In this document: in pieces, positions 1-10,957 of the stretch
Layout of the letters: each line of letters starts with the position of its first letter
How positions within the stretch are numbered: the first letter of the stretch is position 1
Source: Macrostomum lignano
Taxonomy: Eukaryota
Length of the DNA: 64,000 bases
NCBI GenBank assembly: GCA_002269645.1
Contig: NIVC01000725.1
Location: 434,296 to 498,295, forward strand
Direction: 5' to 3'
Made by a program: the position numbers and the translations under genes
The notes under the pieces: generated by a model
The model's input: only the letters and a program-made list of their open reading frames with translations
Told to the model about the DNA's origin: nothing
The model's database searches: none

Positions 1-250
1 AAGACTTCAGGTAGCGGACAGTGAGACTTCAGGGTAGCGGACAGTGAGACTTCAGGGTAGCGGACAGTGAGACTTCAGGTAGCGGACAGTAAGACTTCAG
101 GTAGCGGACAGTGAGACTTCAGGGTAGCGGACAGTGAGACTTCAGGGTAGCGGACAGTGAGACTTCAGGGTAGCGGACAGTGAGAGTTCAGGTAGCGGAC
201 AGTGAGACTTCAGGGTAGCGGACAGTGAGACTTCAGGTTAGCGGACAGTA
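1..250. repeat. Minisatellite, 23/24-bp unit GTAGCGGACAGTGAGACTTCAG(G)G, running off the window start; probably intronic in the first gene
   Basis: About 10 tandem units visible directly. Confidence 0.95.
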
Positions 251-339
251 AGACTTAAGGTTGGTCTACAGACACAGTGAGTCTAGGCTTTTAAATTTAC
301 ATGTGTTAGACATGCATGCACTGATATCTTGATTGATAG

Positions 340-1020
340 TATTGGCCAGACGTACCAGACCATGGTATGTTCCCTATATTAATTTATTGATTTTATTTAC
401 TGCTGGCTACCCCAGACGACATCAGGCAGCTGCTGTTCAGCATCCGGTCCGGTGTTAATGTTTCTCCACTGAAAGAGTGGCTACACGGCAGGAGCCAATA
501 CTACGGCTCGAGACTCGATGCGATTCCCGACGTCTACCGATCCTCGTTTCTGGATGACTTTAATTCTCGCCTGAAATTATTCAAGTCGCTCAATTTAATA
601 GTTGTAGCCATGCTGAAATCAGAACAAATTGTTGCATCGGCAACTTTCAACATATCGGATCGGCGGAATCAAGTGGACTTGGTCAACTGGTTTTCGCCCG
701 ACAGACTGGTTGACACCAAGCCTTTCTGGATCGGCAAAGGTCCGTTTATCGATTTCGGTGTCGAAGGATTCCGATGGCCCAGTGACAAGCAGCATCGGGG
801 AGACTGGGCTACGATTACTAGGACGTTTTACATTCACAAGGGGCACAGGACGTGCGAGACAGATTCAGGTTTGATGGGCGTCATTGAAGAGGGCAAGGAG
901 TACTGCGACTGGTCCGACAAAGCGCCTGGGCAACCGCCGATCTTTTACTATGCAAAAAACGATGCAAGCTATGAGACCTCCCTTGACTTTGCCGATCAGC
1001 TGATTGTTTACCTGAAATAG
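340..1020 (+). CDS. 3' part of an uncharacterised protein; tentative microexon 340..364 (YWPDVPDH) and terminal exon 416..1020
   Basis: The 610..1020 ORF frame stays open back to the acceptor CCCAG|416 (DDIRQLLFSIRSG...). Donor ATG|GTATGT at 364 gives a matching phase-1 junction. AATAAA near 1126. The motifs NWFSPDRL, FYI..HRTCETDSG, C.W, PPIFYY, ADQL resemble a Trp/Cys-containing domain I recall from uncharacterised invertebrate secreted proteins; I cannot name the family. Confidence 0.6.
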
Positions 1021-1183
1021 AAAGCAATAAGGCTCGCTTCTAACTGAGTATCGATTAAATCCGTGAAAGCAACATTAAGGCATAAGGCATATTGCCGTCA
1101 GTCACATTTCTTTATTTCAAACATCAAATAAAGATTTAGAGAGAGTAGTTATTATACTCGATGGCATGAAACCATGGAATCAA

Positions 1184-2180
1184 GTGTAGCATTGACCTCC
1201 TGGTGATCAAAATGTGTAGCATCGACCTCCTGGTGATCAAAATGTGTAGCATTGACCTCCTGGTGATCAAACTATGTAGCATATTGATCTGGTAGTGATC
1301 AAACTGTGTAGCATATTGATCTGGTAGTGATCAAACTGTGTAGCACATTGATCTGGTAGTGATCAAACTGTGTAGCATTGATCTGGTAGTGATCAAACTG
1401 TGTAGCATATTGATCTGGTAGTGATCAAACTGTGTAGCACATTGATCTGGTAGTGATCAAACTGTGTAGCATTGATCTGGTAGTGATCAAACTGTGTAGC
1501 ATATTGATCTGGTAGTGATCAAACTGTGTAGCATATTGATCTGGTAGTGATCAAACTGTGTAGCATATTGATCTGGTAGTGATCAAACTGTGTAGCACAT
1601 TGATCTGGTAGTGATCAAACTGTGTAGCATTGATCTGGTAGTGATCAAACTATGTAGCATATTGATCTGGTAGTGATCAAACTGTGTAGCATTGATCTGG
1701 TAGTGATCAAACTGTGTAGCATATTGATCTGGTAGTGATCAAACTGTGTAGCATTGATCTGGTAGTGATCAAACTGTGTAGCATTGATCTCGTAGTGATC
1801 AAACTGTGTAGCATATTGATCTGGTAGGGTGATCAAACTATGTAGCATATTGATCTGGTAGTGATCAAACTGTGTAGCATTGATCTGGTAGTGATCAAAC
1901 TGTGTAGCATTGATCTCGTAGTGATCAAACTGTGTAGCATATTGATCTGGTAGTGATCAAACTGTGTAGCATATTGATCTGGTAGTGATCAAACTGTGTA
2001 GCATTGATCTCCTAGTGATCAAACTGTGTAGCATTGATCTCGTAGTGATCAAACTGTGTAGCATTGATCTCGTAGTGATCAAACTGTGTAGCATTGATCT
2101 CGTAGTGATCAAACTGTGTAGCATTGATCTCGTAGTGATCAAACTGTGTAGCATTGATCTCGTAGTGATCAAACTGTGTA
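1184..2180. repeat. Minisatellite, 29/31-bp unit TGTGTAGCA(T)(A)TTGATCTGGTAGTGATCAAAC
   Basis: About 33 tandem units; each contains the inverted repeat TTGATC-N7-GATCAA. Confidence 0.95.
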
Positions 2181-2586
2181 GGGTGATCTCGCGGTGATTG
2201 AGCTCCGTAGCATTGAACCAGTGAACTTGTAGTTTCGACGCAAGTACCTATGAAAGGTCTAAGTGTCAACAAAACTCTGAGTTGAATTGATTTTTATAAT
2301 GCCGCGGCATTTCGCTATTACACATGTATTTGTAATTGTGTGAGGTTTACTTGCTTTATTGCTTTATTTATTTGCTCGGGAAGCCGGGAAGTCGGGAAGC
2401 CGGCGAAAAAAGCATTTATAAGTTTACAAAAGTATCTACTGTTGCTGTAATGGATTGAGTCTTTTTTCATTACATGAACATGCAGTCAGATGCTTTACTC
2501 AGACCAATCTGGCGCATACTGACCCACAAGCTACATACAGTACATGCGCACTCTAGCTCACTGTAGTCTCGTATAGGTTAGACAGA

Positions 2587-2943
2587 GGGGGGCCGTAGCC
2601 CAGCGGTAGCGCAGCTGCTCTGGGGTGCCAGCGACCCAGGCTCGATTCCAAGTGCAGTCACATTAATTTGGGGCTGAATTGGAATCTCGGCTTGGCTCTG
2701 CTCGTGCAATTAACGGCCTTGAGAGCCAACCCCCCAAGGCGCAGTGAAGTGTACATGCCTAACGATAATATAAAGTTAGGGCCGCTGTACACTCCTGTGT
2801 GAGTGCCTGCGTACGTATCCGCGCGCTTGTATGCCTTCTCAGGGGAGTCGGCGGAATGGGCAGTAATGCCTCTCGCCGGTTGTGTGCCTATGTCGCTTAA
2901 AGTGCGCCAGGGTGCACACAACCCCCTGCCTCTAATAAAAAAA
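2587..2943 (+). mobile_element. tRNA-derived SINE (family 1), full-length copy
   Basis: Head GGGGCCGTAGCCCAGCGGTAG...GGCTCGATTCCA with A-box-like and B-box-like motifs. A-rich tail (CTCTAATAAAAAAAA). 13-bp TSD ATAGGTTAGACAG at 2573-2585 and 2944-2956. Near-identical inverted copy at 31646-31997. Confidence 0.9.
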
Positions 2944-5900
2944 ATAGGTTAGACAGCGTCACGAGAATCTGGCAGTTTTGGTTAAATTATATCTCCAAAA
3001 ATATACTGCTGTACATACGAGCCACGTCGGCCAGCGTTTACAACATCTATCGACGTCGCTTACAAAGATGTACTTTTATATTATTACATCGATGGATAAC
3101 GATGATGTCATAAATAAATGCATCAACTGAACGTCGGTGCAATGTGGTTTGACGTTGCCGACGTCTAATTGATGTACCGGGTCTCTAGAAACTTATGTAT
3201 ACTAATGTACGAGCGTACATGTTGTGTCTTTTTGTTGGCTCGAAATCCCCTTAACCTGCATTGTGCTAACATGATGATGACTGAAGGTATGATGATTGAA
3301 GTAAGATTGCAGGGTCAGATGGGGGTCGCGTTATCTGCGGGTGAGGATAGCGTGGGTCCTGGGAAGAACGCAATTTAACCGTCTGACGAGAAGGGGGCGC
3401 GCCGCTGCTAACTGCATGAGATATATTATCATATGATATTTGTATTTTTGAAGGGAACAAACCCAGCAGGATGGCTATACGAAACAAGCTCCGCTCTGAT
3501 TGGGTGATCGAAAAACCTAAACTATTCTACGAGTACCAATAGTATGAGAAAAGAAGATAGCAACTCTAAGATAAAAAAGCGAATTTACAACACCAATGAA
3601 GTATTAATTCACTGTAAGATATAATTGTACGTAAAACAAGAATTTGGTCAACCAAAGCTGTTAACGTTTGACTTTGGAAAGCAAAACAATAGCTTTTACG
3701 AAATAAAAAACTGATTTATACATATAAACAGATTTACGAATAGGATCTGTCAGCATTTAGCTAGCAATCTTTAGTACAGCTTTGTTAAATGTAGCATGAT
3801 AATTCCCGCGAAATTGAAAATGAAGAAATATTTTTGAAGGCTGATATGATATGATGTCACTGATGATATTATTATATTGATAATAATACGGTCCGTCCAG
3901 CATGGAATGTAAATTTTTTTTGGCTCCCCGCCTAGAAAAGTGAGGGTTCCGTCACTGTCGGCGCCGACCCCAGTTAAAAAATCCTGAACTGACCACTGTA
4001 AATGCAAGATAGGCCTACCGACTGCGCCTGTCATCTGTGACTGAGACTGTGAGTGTGACCCTGTGACTGACGTCTGTCTGACTGCTGTAGCCGTAGCGGA
4101 CCTAATCGGGCTAATGTCAATGAGTAATGTTAATAATTACTTCGTAATTTTCTATAGGCCTTGGCCTATCCATGAAGATTAGAGCCCATGCCTTGTAGGC
4201 CTACCAGACAGAGCCCTGTGCATCAGGATGATGAGGAAGAGGAACCTGTAGTCTAAGTCAGTCTTGTACTTCAGTACTTGTAGTACTTCCATACTAGCTT
4301 ATATCTAGGCCTATTTTAGTTGCAATGTAGGGCATTGTAGGCCCTATAACAATCTGATTATTAGATGATTGTCAAATGTCAAGTTCTGTTCATTAAATTA
4401 TATTGACTGTGTTTAAACTTTTGATATTGCCATATTGGCCTATATGTAATGTAGGGGCCTAGGCAGTAGGCCTAGTAACAAGGTCCAAGGAATAAAATAT
4501 GCAAATGTATCACAGATAAATCACCAACTGGTAGCATGTCTGGCAGCTGTGGCAGCTATGGCAGCTAATTAATGTTGCTTTGTATAGGCATAGATGGTAT
4601 AGACCTAGTAGCTACGCTAGTATATAAATTCTTGCTGTTTGGCATCAAAGAAATCAAGAAACTGAGTAAGATGTGGAATCCACAGTGGAATTAGAATAGA
4701 ATAGCATAGTAAAATGTAGAATCTACAATAAAATGGTAAATTATAGAATCAATTTTAGAAATCTACTAACTTGAACAAAGTAAAATGCAAAATATAGGCC
4801 TAGGAATCAAAAAATGAATTTTAAACAAGCCTATACGTGCAGGGCCCCTCCGGATTTCTTTATAAAATAGTCACCGTTTAGTCAATTTGAATTCATACCA
4901 AAACTAAGAAACATATTTTGTTTTAATACTTATATTTTCTATAATATTTTGCACTAACAAATTTTTGTTTAAAACTGTAGCAAATTTTAGTATAAATAAA
5001 AGCGATTTCAGCAGAGGAGAAGACAACCTCGCGCATTGCGGTTCTGCAATAAGTGATTGATAGCAAATAGTAATGAGTTCCGAGAAAATAAGAATTGAAG
5101 AAGTGTTTTCTATACGTGTTAATTCCTTTTAAGAAGTAAGAGTGAAATAGACTGAAGTGTACAGTATATACTATTGAGAAGCAGCAGTATTGAGTAGTAA
5201 GAGAATACAAAGTAGATCTGAAGTTATGTGTAAGAATAACCGGAGGCTGTGACCCTCTGATCTCGGTAACCCCCAAGGACTTGCAAAGTACATGAAATAC
5301 ATATACCAGTAAGCCAAAATACTACTCAGGTCAAATTATTTAATAGAACGCTACCAGAATAACAGAAGAGTAAAATCTTTTAGGGCCAATAGTCTAAGAA
5401 TAATACTCAGACTAAATACTCAGACTAAATACTCAGACTAAATACACAGACTAAATACTTAGACCTATTCTAATAAATATTCTCAGACTTATTCTAAGAT
5501 TAATAAACTCATAATTTATTAATAGAATAATCTTGGTAGCAGCTACCAACATTTATAAAAACAGAAGTTTAGCCCTTTGACAACTTGGTTGCAGCAGTAG
5601 GATAATTTCAGTGAGAGCAATTACGCCTTTGACAACTTTAGTGACAGCTGTGGAATCATTTGAAGAGACAGAAGAATCAGCCCTTCGACAACTTGGTGGC
5701 AGCAGTAGGATTTCTAGAGAGAGCTAAAATGCCTTTGACATATATATAGCTTTGCCTATATCAATGTAACAATATAAAAAGATATATAAAAAAATTTAAT
5801 ATGATTCTAAATCAAAGCAAATTGAACTGGTAATAGTGTGTCTATTATTACTCATTAGGCCTACTCAAAGTAATAAATATAGGTACTTTGTTCTTGTAAA

Positions 5901-6769
5901 TAATATAGTTGATAGATATAAAAAATATTACTTTAATTTTCTTTCTAGTAGTTTGGTCAAATTTTGAAGGCTTTTTTATTAAAAGATTAATACCTACAGT
6001 TCATAATGCACTTTAGCTACCCTGCATTTGCATTTTAATTAAAGTTAATAAAATCTGCAGTTCATTCCAGATTTTACTATTCCATTGCAAATTCTGCATT
6101 TTATTAAGCTATTCCATTCTGATTCTGCTACTGATTTTCACATTTTACTAGGTGCTATAAATAAGTTAGTATAGGCCCTAGTTCTAATCTAGGTGTCTCT
6201 TAGGCCTACCTGAAATTGAAAAGAGTCCTTTGAAATAAATACTTAAACAAATAATAGAACTTGACAATTGTTGATTATTATAGCCTATCCCCTTGTAAAT
6301 ATTTTTGTATCATGCAATATAACAAATTTACATAACAATGCATCTACAAATTTATACTAGCCTAGCTATTTGACTTTTAGGGCCACTATGACAAGTACTT
6401 AAAATTGTAATATTATATCATAGTATATTATATATACTATTTTGAATTCTAAGCCTTGGCTAGAACCAGAGCTAAATCAATTTATATGGAAGGATATAGA
6501 AAGGATAGGCTATTATGATCTAGGTTTATTTTTTGTCAAAATTGTTATGCTATTTGGCATAATAACATCAAAATTGTCTTGCCATTTTTTATTTCGACAT
6601 GTCATAGCATGTCTTTGACTCAAAAACCCAGATTATGATTGAACTATTACCAAATTAAAATTGAATATAAAGGCCTAGGCCTAGTCTATTACAAAAGTAT
6701 CTATTACTAAAGTGTTGGTTAATGGGTCTAATTACTAAAATAGGCTAAATCTAACTTGATTGATTTTTT

Positions 6770-6945
6770 GGTTGTTTTTTCTTCTTTCTTTTTTTCTTTT
6801 ATTTTTTCTTTTCCTTTTTCTCTTATATTTTATTTTTCCTTTCTTCTTTGGCCCTTTTCTCTCCTTTTCCATTTCCTTTCTCTTTCAATTCCCCTTTTCC
6901 TTTTCCTTATTCTCCTTTTCTCCTTTTTTCTTTTTTACATATCTC
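6770..6945. repeat. T/C-rich low-complexity tract
   Basis: Almost pure pyrimidine run; the Phe/Leu/Ser ORFs here are compositional artefacts. Confidence 0.85.
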
Positions 6946-7530
6946 TTCTCATATTGTTGAAGTAGGCCTAGCTTAAGTTAAAATCTCCATTTCCTATTGA
7001 GATCTTTTATGAGAATGATAGCTTATTGAACAGGTTGTTTCCAAAAAACCTTTGTAATATAGCCTTCTTTGATTGTAGCAAAAGATGAGTGGCCTTCCCC
7101 ATTAGCTTCATTTATTTTAATTAAAGCACAATCAACAATAAATAATGTCAGTAGTAAAAATATTATTCAGTCCTTGACCCTAGGGACTTATAAACTCTCT
7201 TTGCAATAAAAATAAAAACATTTATCTTAACTTTAGGCTTAGTCTTCCTTCCCATTCCAATCCCAGTATGTATATAGTACCAAAAATTGTCTTTGTTACT
7301 TAAGTCCCTGATTTTAAAGATTTGAAAGCTGTCTTAGCATGAAAGTAAAAACATTTATCTTAACAGTAGCCTTTACTATCTAATAATAATATGCATATGT
7401 CAATCTTGCTATAGACAAGACTCAGTACCCTATATGAAAAAGTTGTGAAACTGTGGACAGTATCTAGCATGCTTTCAAAATCTTTTTAAAGTGCAGTGTG
7501 CACACAGGCGCATAGTGCCTGTTTGCACAT

Positions 7531-8302
7531 GGCTCATTCCATATAAGATTAACATTTTTGGAAAATAGAAAAAAGTCAATATTTTTGCTTGCCATTGCCT
7601 TATCAGCCAATTTTTTTTACCAAATGTTTTTTATGTGTAATATCTACAATCTAAGAATAAATAAATGATAAAATGTTGGATTAGTATGTTATCAAGTGGC
7701 AAAAAGTCATTTTTGTAAAAATTGGACATTTTTCTAAGCAAAAGACATCATTAAGTTTGTGTACCTTTTAAAAATAAATAGAAAGCTTTGGAAGGTTGCA
7801 ACAAACTATAGATAAAAGTATAGTACTTGCATCATCAGATAAAAGTATTGGTGACCAAATAATCTATTATATTTTTAATGTATTAGTACCTCAAAGTTAC
7901 TGAATTGACAGAAAAAAATATGTTACGACCATAAGGCTGCCTTTTCTTTTGTATCTTTGTTGCCTTTTGAGTTTATATATTCTACAAAAAGAGTATGATT
8001 ACTGAAGATGTTGTTAGTCAAATTTTAAAAAATGTATTGCAAAATATCAAAAATAAAAAATGTTATAAGACTTTTACCTTTTAGTTTCTATATGTCAAAA
8101 ATCCTGTTGTTACAACCATAAGTGCCATTCAAGGTTTAATAGCATCTATACTAATGATGATATCTACATGAAACTCTATAAAAATATTATTGACAAAATT
8201 ATCTTTCATTTAAATATTGGTTTAGTATATTCTATTATTAGATTTCATTTTATAAGTAAAAATAGTCTGTCATGTTACGACCGTGCTTATATGGAATGAG
8301 CC
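7531..8302. mobile_element. MITE-like non-autonomous DNA transposon (772 bp), superfamily unassigned
   Basis: 17-bp perfect TIR GGCTCATTCCATATAAG (7531-7547) / CTTATATGGAATGAGCC (8286-8302). ACAT on both flanks (7527-7530, 8303-8306). AT-rich non-coding interior with a repeated GTTAC(G/A)ACC motif. Confidence 0.75.
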
Positions 8303-8754
8303 ACATTGCCCTTTCATGCTGGCTGCTGCTCTAGCAAATAAATATACATGGAAGAGGGTCTAATACCTTTGTGGAAGGGGCCTATACACTTGTCATTTCT
8401 TGTATAATGCTTAGAGATGTTCCAAAATTTCAATTTTGATTTTCCAAAAATTGGAATTTTTAAAAGTGAATTTTAATTTTGAAAAATTCAGAAGCCAAAA
8501 TTTTGAAAATGTGTAAAAAATTGGCTAAAAATAAACTAATTTGTGCTACATATACATGCATTTTGTTTTGCATAAGTAGTAAATCTAGAGTAAAAAGTGA
8601 GTTTTGGTCATACTAATCTTTGTTTTTCTGAATTTTGATTTTGGAAAATTTTAATTATGATTTTGGGAAGTTAGCAAATTTTGATTTTGACAGAAAATAA
8701 TTTCTAATAATCCTAAAGTGCAGTAAAATAATTTGACTCTTTTTTTAAAGTGTG

Positions 8755-9671
8755 TGTCCGCAAGTTTCCACAATATTCTAGTGTTGGCACTTAGCTAACA
8801 AGTGCTATCTAGAGCTATAGCATATGCAGGGTTGCTATGGTAATATAGCTTTATTGAGTAGCTGTTGGCCTCTACTTCTGTAATGTCTACTACTTGAGCA
8901 ATTTCTTTTCCCTTTTCTAATGTCAAGGTATTGATAGCCAATAACTACTTTTGCACTTATAGCTCTTAGAGTCCACTGACAAAGCAGTCACATAATGGAT
9001 CTTCTAGAAAAGTTCCAAAGTCATAGGTCTTTGACTAGACTTTAGAAGGTTACCAGAAACTGCATATCCAATTTTATCTTTCTGAGTTTACTTGTAAAAG
9101 CAAAAATGCTTAGCAATAGAGCTAGCTTCTTTAGCTGGAAATGGTCTTTGAGAGCCTTACCAACCCTGTAAGACTAGTCAAAGGTTTTCTTGACAAGCAC
9201 AGATTTTGTTAAGTTGTATAGCATTGGCAGCCAATCAAAGTCAGGAAAACTATCTTAATTTTGGTTTTTATTCTTGATTCTGTTTGTGCTATATGCTCTA
9301 TCAATATTTACCCTTGAAAGGGTTCAACTATATTGGTAGTAGACATCCTTGTCACCACTATAAAGTTTTAGCTTCAAATGAAAAAGACAATTTATATGTG
9401 CCTTAGGCTATATCTAATAAAGTTTGTAATTGCTTATAGAGGCATTAAGCCCTAATGCTATTTTATTTATTCTATTGCTCCCTTGCTAGGGGAACATAAT
9501 CTGATAGGCATCTGATTGTTTGGGGAGGATGCAAAGTGCAGATCCACAGACTTATATATTAGACTTAATGTATAACATTGGCTACATAGTGATTGCCATA
9601 TAGCCAGACAGACTGATGCCTAATGGGACTACAGAGTGCAAGTCCTAGATAGACAGACACTGCATATAATA
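8755..9671 (-). mobile_element. Fossil Gypsy-type LTR retrotransposon 5' end: candidate LTR (about 9359-9671), PBS (9347-9357), decayed gag (about 8760-9346)
   Basis: Minus-strand translation gives VFLTLIG..Y.T*QNLC, LKDHFQ, IAKHFCFYK*TQ, DFGTFLEDPLCDCFVSGL*E..VQK*LLAINTLTLEKGKEIAQ. These match Gypsy gag motifs (IAERFRF..R.Q; LRDRFV.GL; RLL...LTLEKA.EIA) once C>T/G>A changes are reversed. TGGTGACAAGG-ATG corresponds to the common Gypsy PBS TGGCGACGAGG. Multiple stops and frameshifts. Confidence 0.8.
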
Positions 9672-10957
9672 TAAAATTCAAGACACTCAAATCTCAATTA
9701 GAAATTAAAATTCAAAAAAAATATTAAAAAATAGGAAAAAGTCAATGTTAGTTGGTCAAATTGAGCCAATATCAATTGCTTATCCACTAAGGCAACAAAG
9801 GACATATGTAAATACATAGCTAAACCACTTTACTTATTGCTGAGATGCAACAAAAAATTCTGTCTAATAAATTTAGGATGATTTGCTGATAGGCTGCCAT
9901 TGACTGATCCTATTTAACCTTGCTCTTAAAATGATAAAACTTAATTATTATACTATTTACAGAAATCTGAATTAAATTTTATACAAGCATTAGACCTTTA
10001 AGATTTTAGTATTTTAAATATAAATTTTAAATTAAAAAACTTTAAATTTTTAAATTGAAGTTCTGCTTGTTTCTTCTAAACAAGACTTTGTTCAAAATAG
10101 GAGGTAAATTATCAAGAGTCTATTTATAAATATCTATATATAGTACACTACAGATATAAAGAATCTTTATCAATTTAATATAGAAAAAATATCCAGGCAT
10201 AATTAAATTGCATTTTGGATGAATTTACTTACCAAATTGCATTCTATTATTGCATCATATCTTTGCTATTCTAGCATGTTGTATGATCATGTACCCTACT
10301 ATCTTTACCCTACTTAATATGCCTAAATAGCACCATCCTTGCTATATTCTAACACCTTTACAAAGTTAGACATTGCTATTTTTCAGTGGATTAGTGGTTA
10401 GTGCTATTATACGAGTACTAATTTCCAAAATTTTGTTATTGACTACTTTAGTAGACCGCTAACTCAAGTCCAAATTAGTGAAAGTTTTGCTAATTCATTT
10501 GTCTTTTAATTTTGCCATTTTTAATTTATTATCTAAAAATAGTTTTTTATGTTATTTTTACCATTTTAAAATAAAAGAAGATAACAAGACTAAATAGCGC
10601 TGCAACATAATCTGAAAAAAATATATATCTATTTTTTAAATTCCATTATAGATATGTGCTTTAGGTCTTAGATGCACAAAAAGTCATATGCCATCAAAAA
10701 ATTATAACATTCTATGCTTGTATGTTAAAGCTATAACAAAAGAATTATGTTATAGATCAGGGTAAAACAAAAATTTACAAATATAAAAATACTTATTTAA
10801 ATATATTTAAATTGGATTTCAGTTAATTTGAAAAGTCAACTTCAAGTGAGACACAAGGCGAATATTGTGCCTTTAGTGGCATTGTAAAAAAATTGACTTG
10901 GTTGACCAACTATTCAAGCCTTGAAGTTGAGAGAATTATTAATAATTAGTGAAACAT

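Noticed and set aside
2587-2660. tRNA gene
   Set aside because: tRNA-like A/B boxes, but no closing acceptor stem; it continues into a 280-bp body with A-tail and TSD, so it is a SINE head.
3378-3490. Hammerhead ribozyme core CTGACGAG...GAAAC
   Set aside because: No stem II pairing between the G after CTGACGA and the bases before GAAA, and the spacing is about 90 nt.
3930-4000. 12-bp palindrome GTCGGCGCCGAC (3957-3968) as a Helitron 3' hairpin or TIR
   Set aside because: The nearest CTAG is 21 nt away and not followed by T, and I found no partner terminus.
5281-10920. Classical Neurospora-type RIP as the explanation for the CpG-poor domain
   Set aside because: The hand-sampled (CpA+TpG)/(ApC+GpT) ratio is about 1.3, not depleted, and CpG is the main lost dinucleotide. 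Reported only as CpG-centred hypermutation with possible extra CpA hits.
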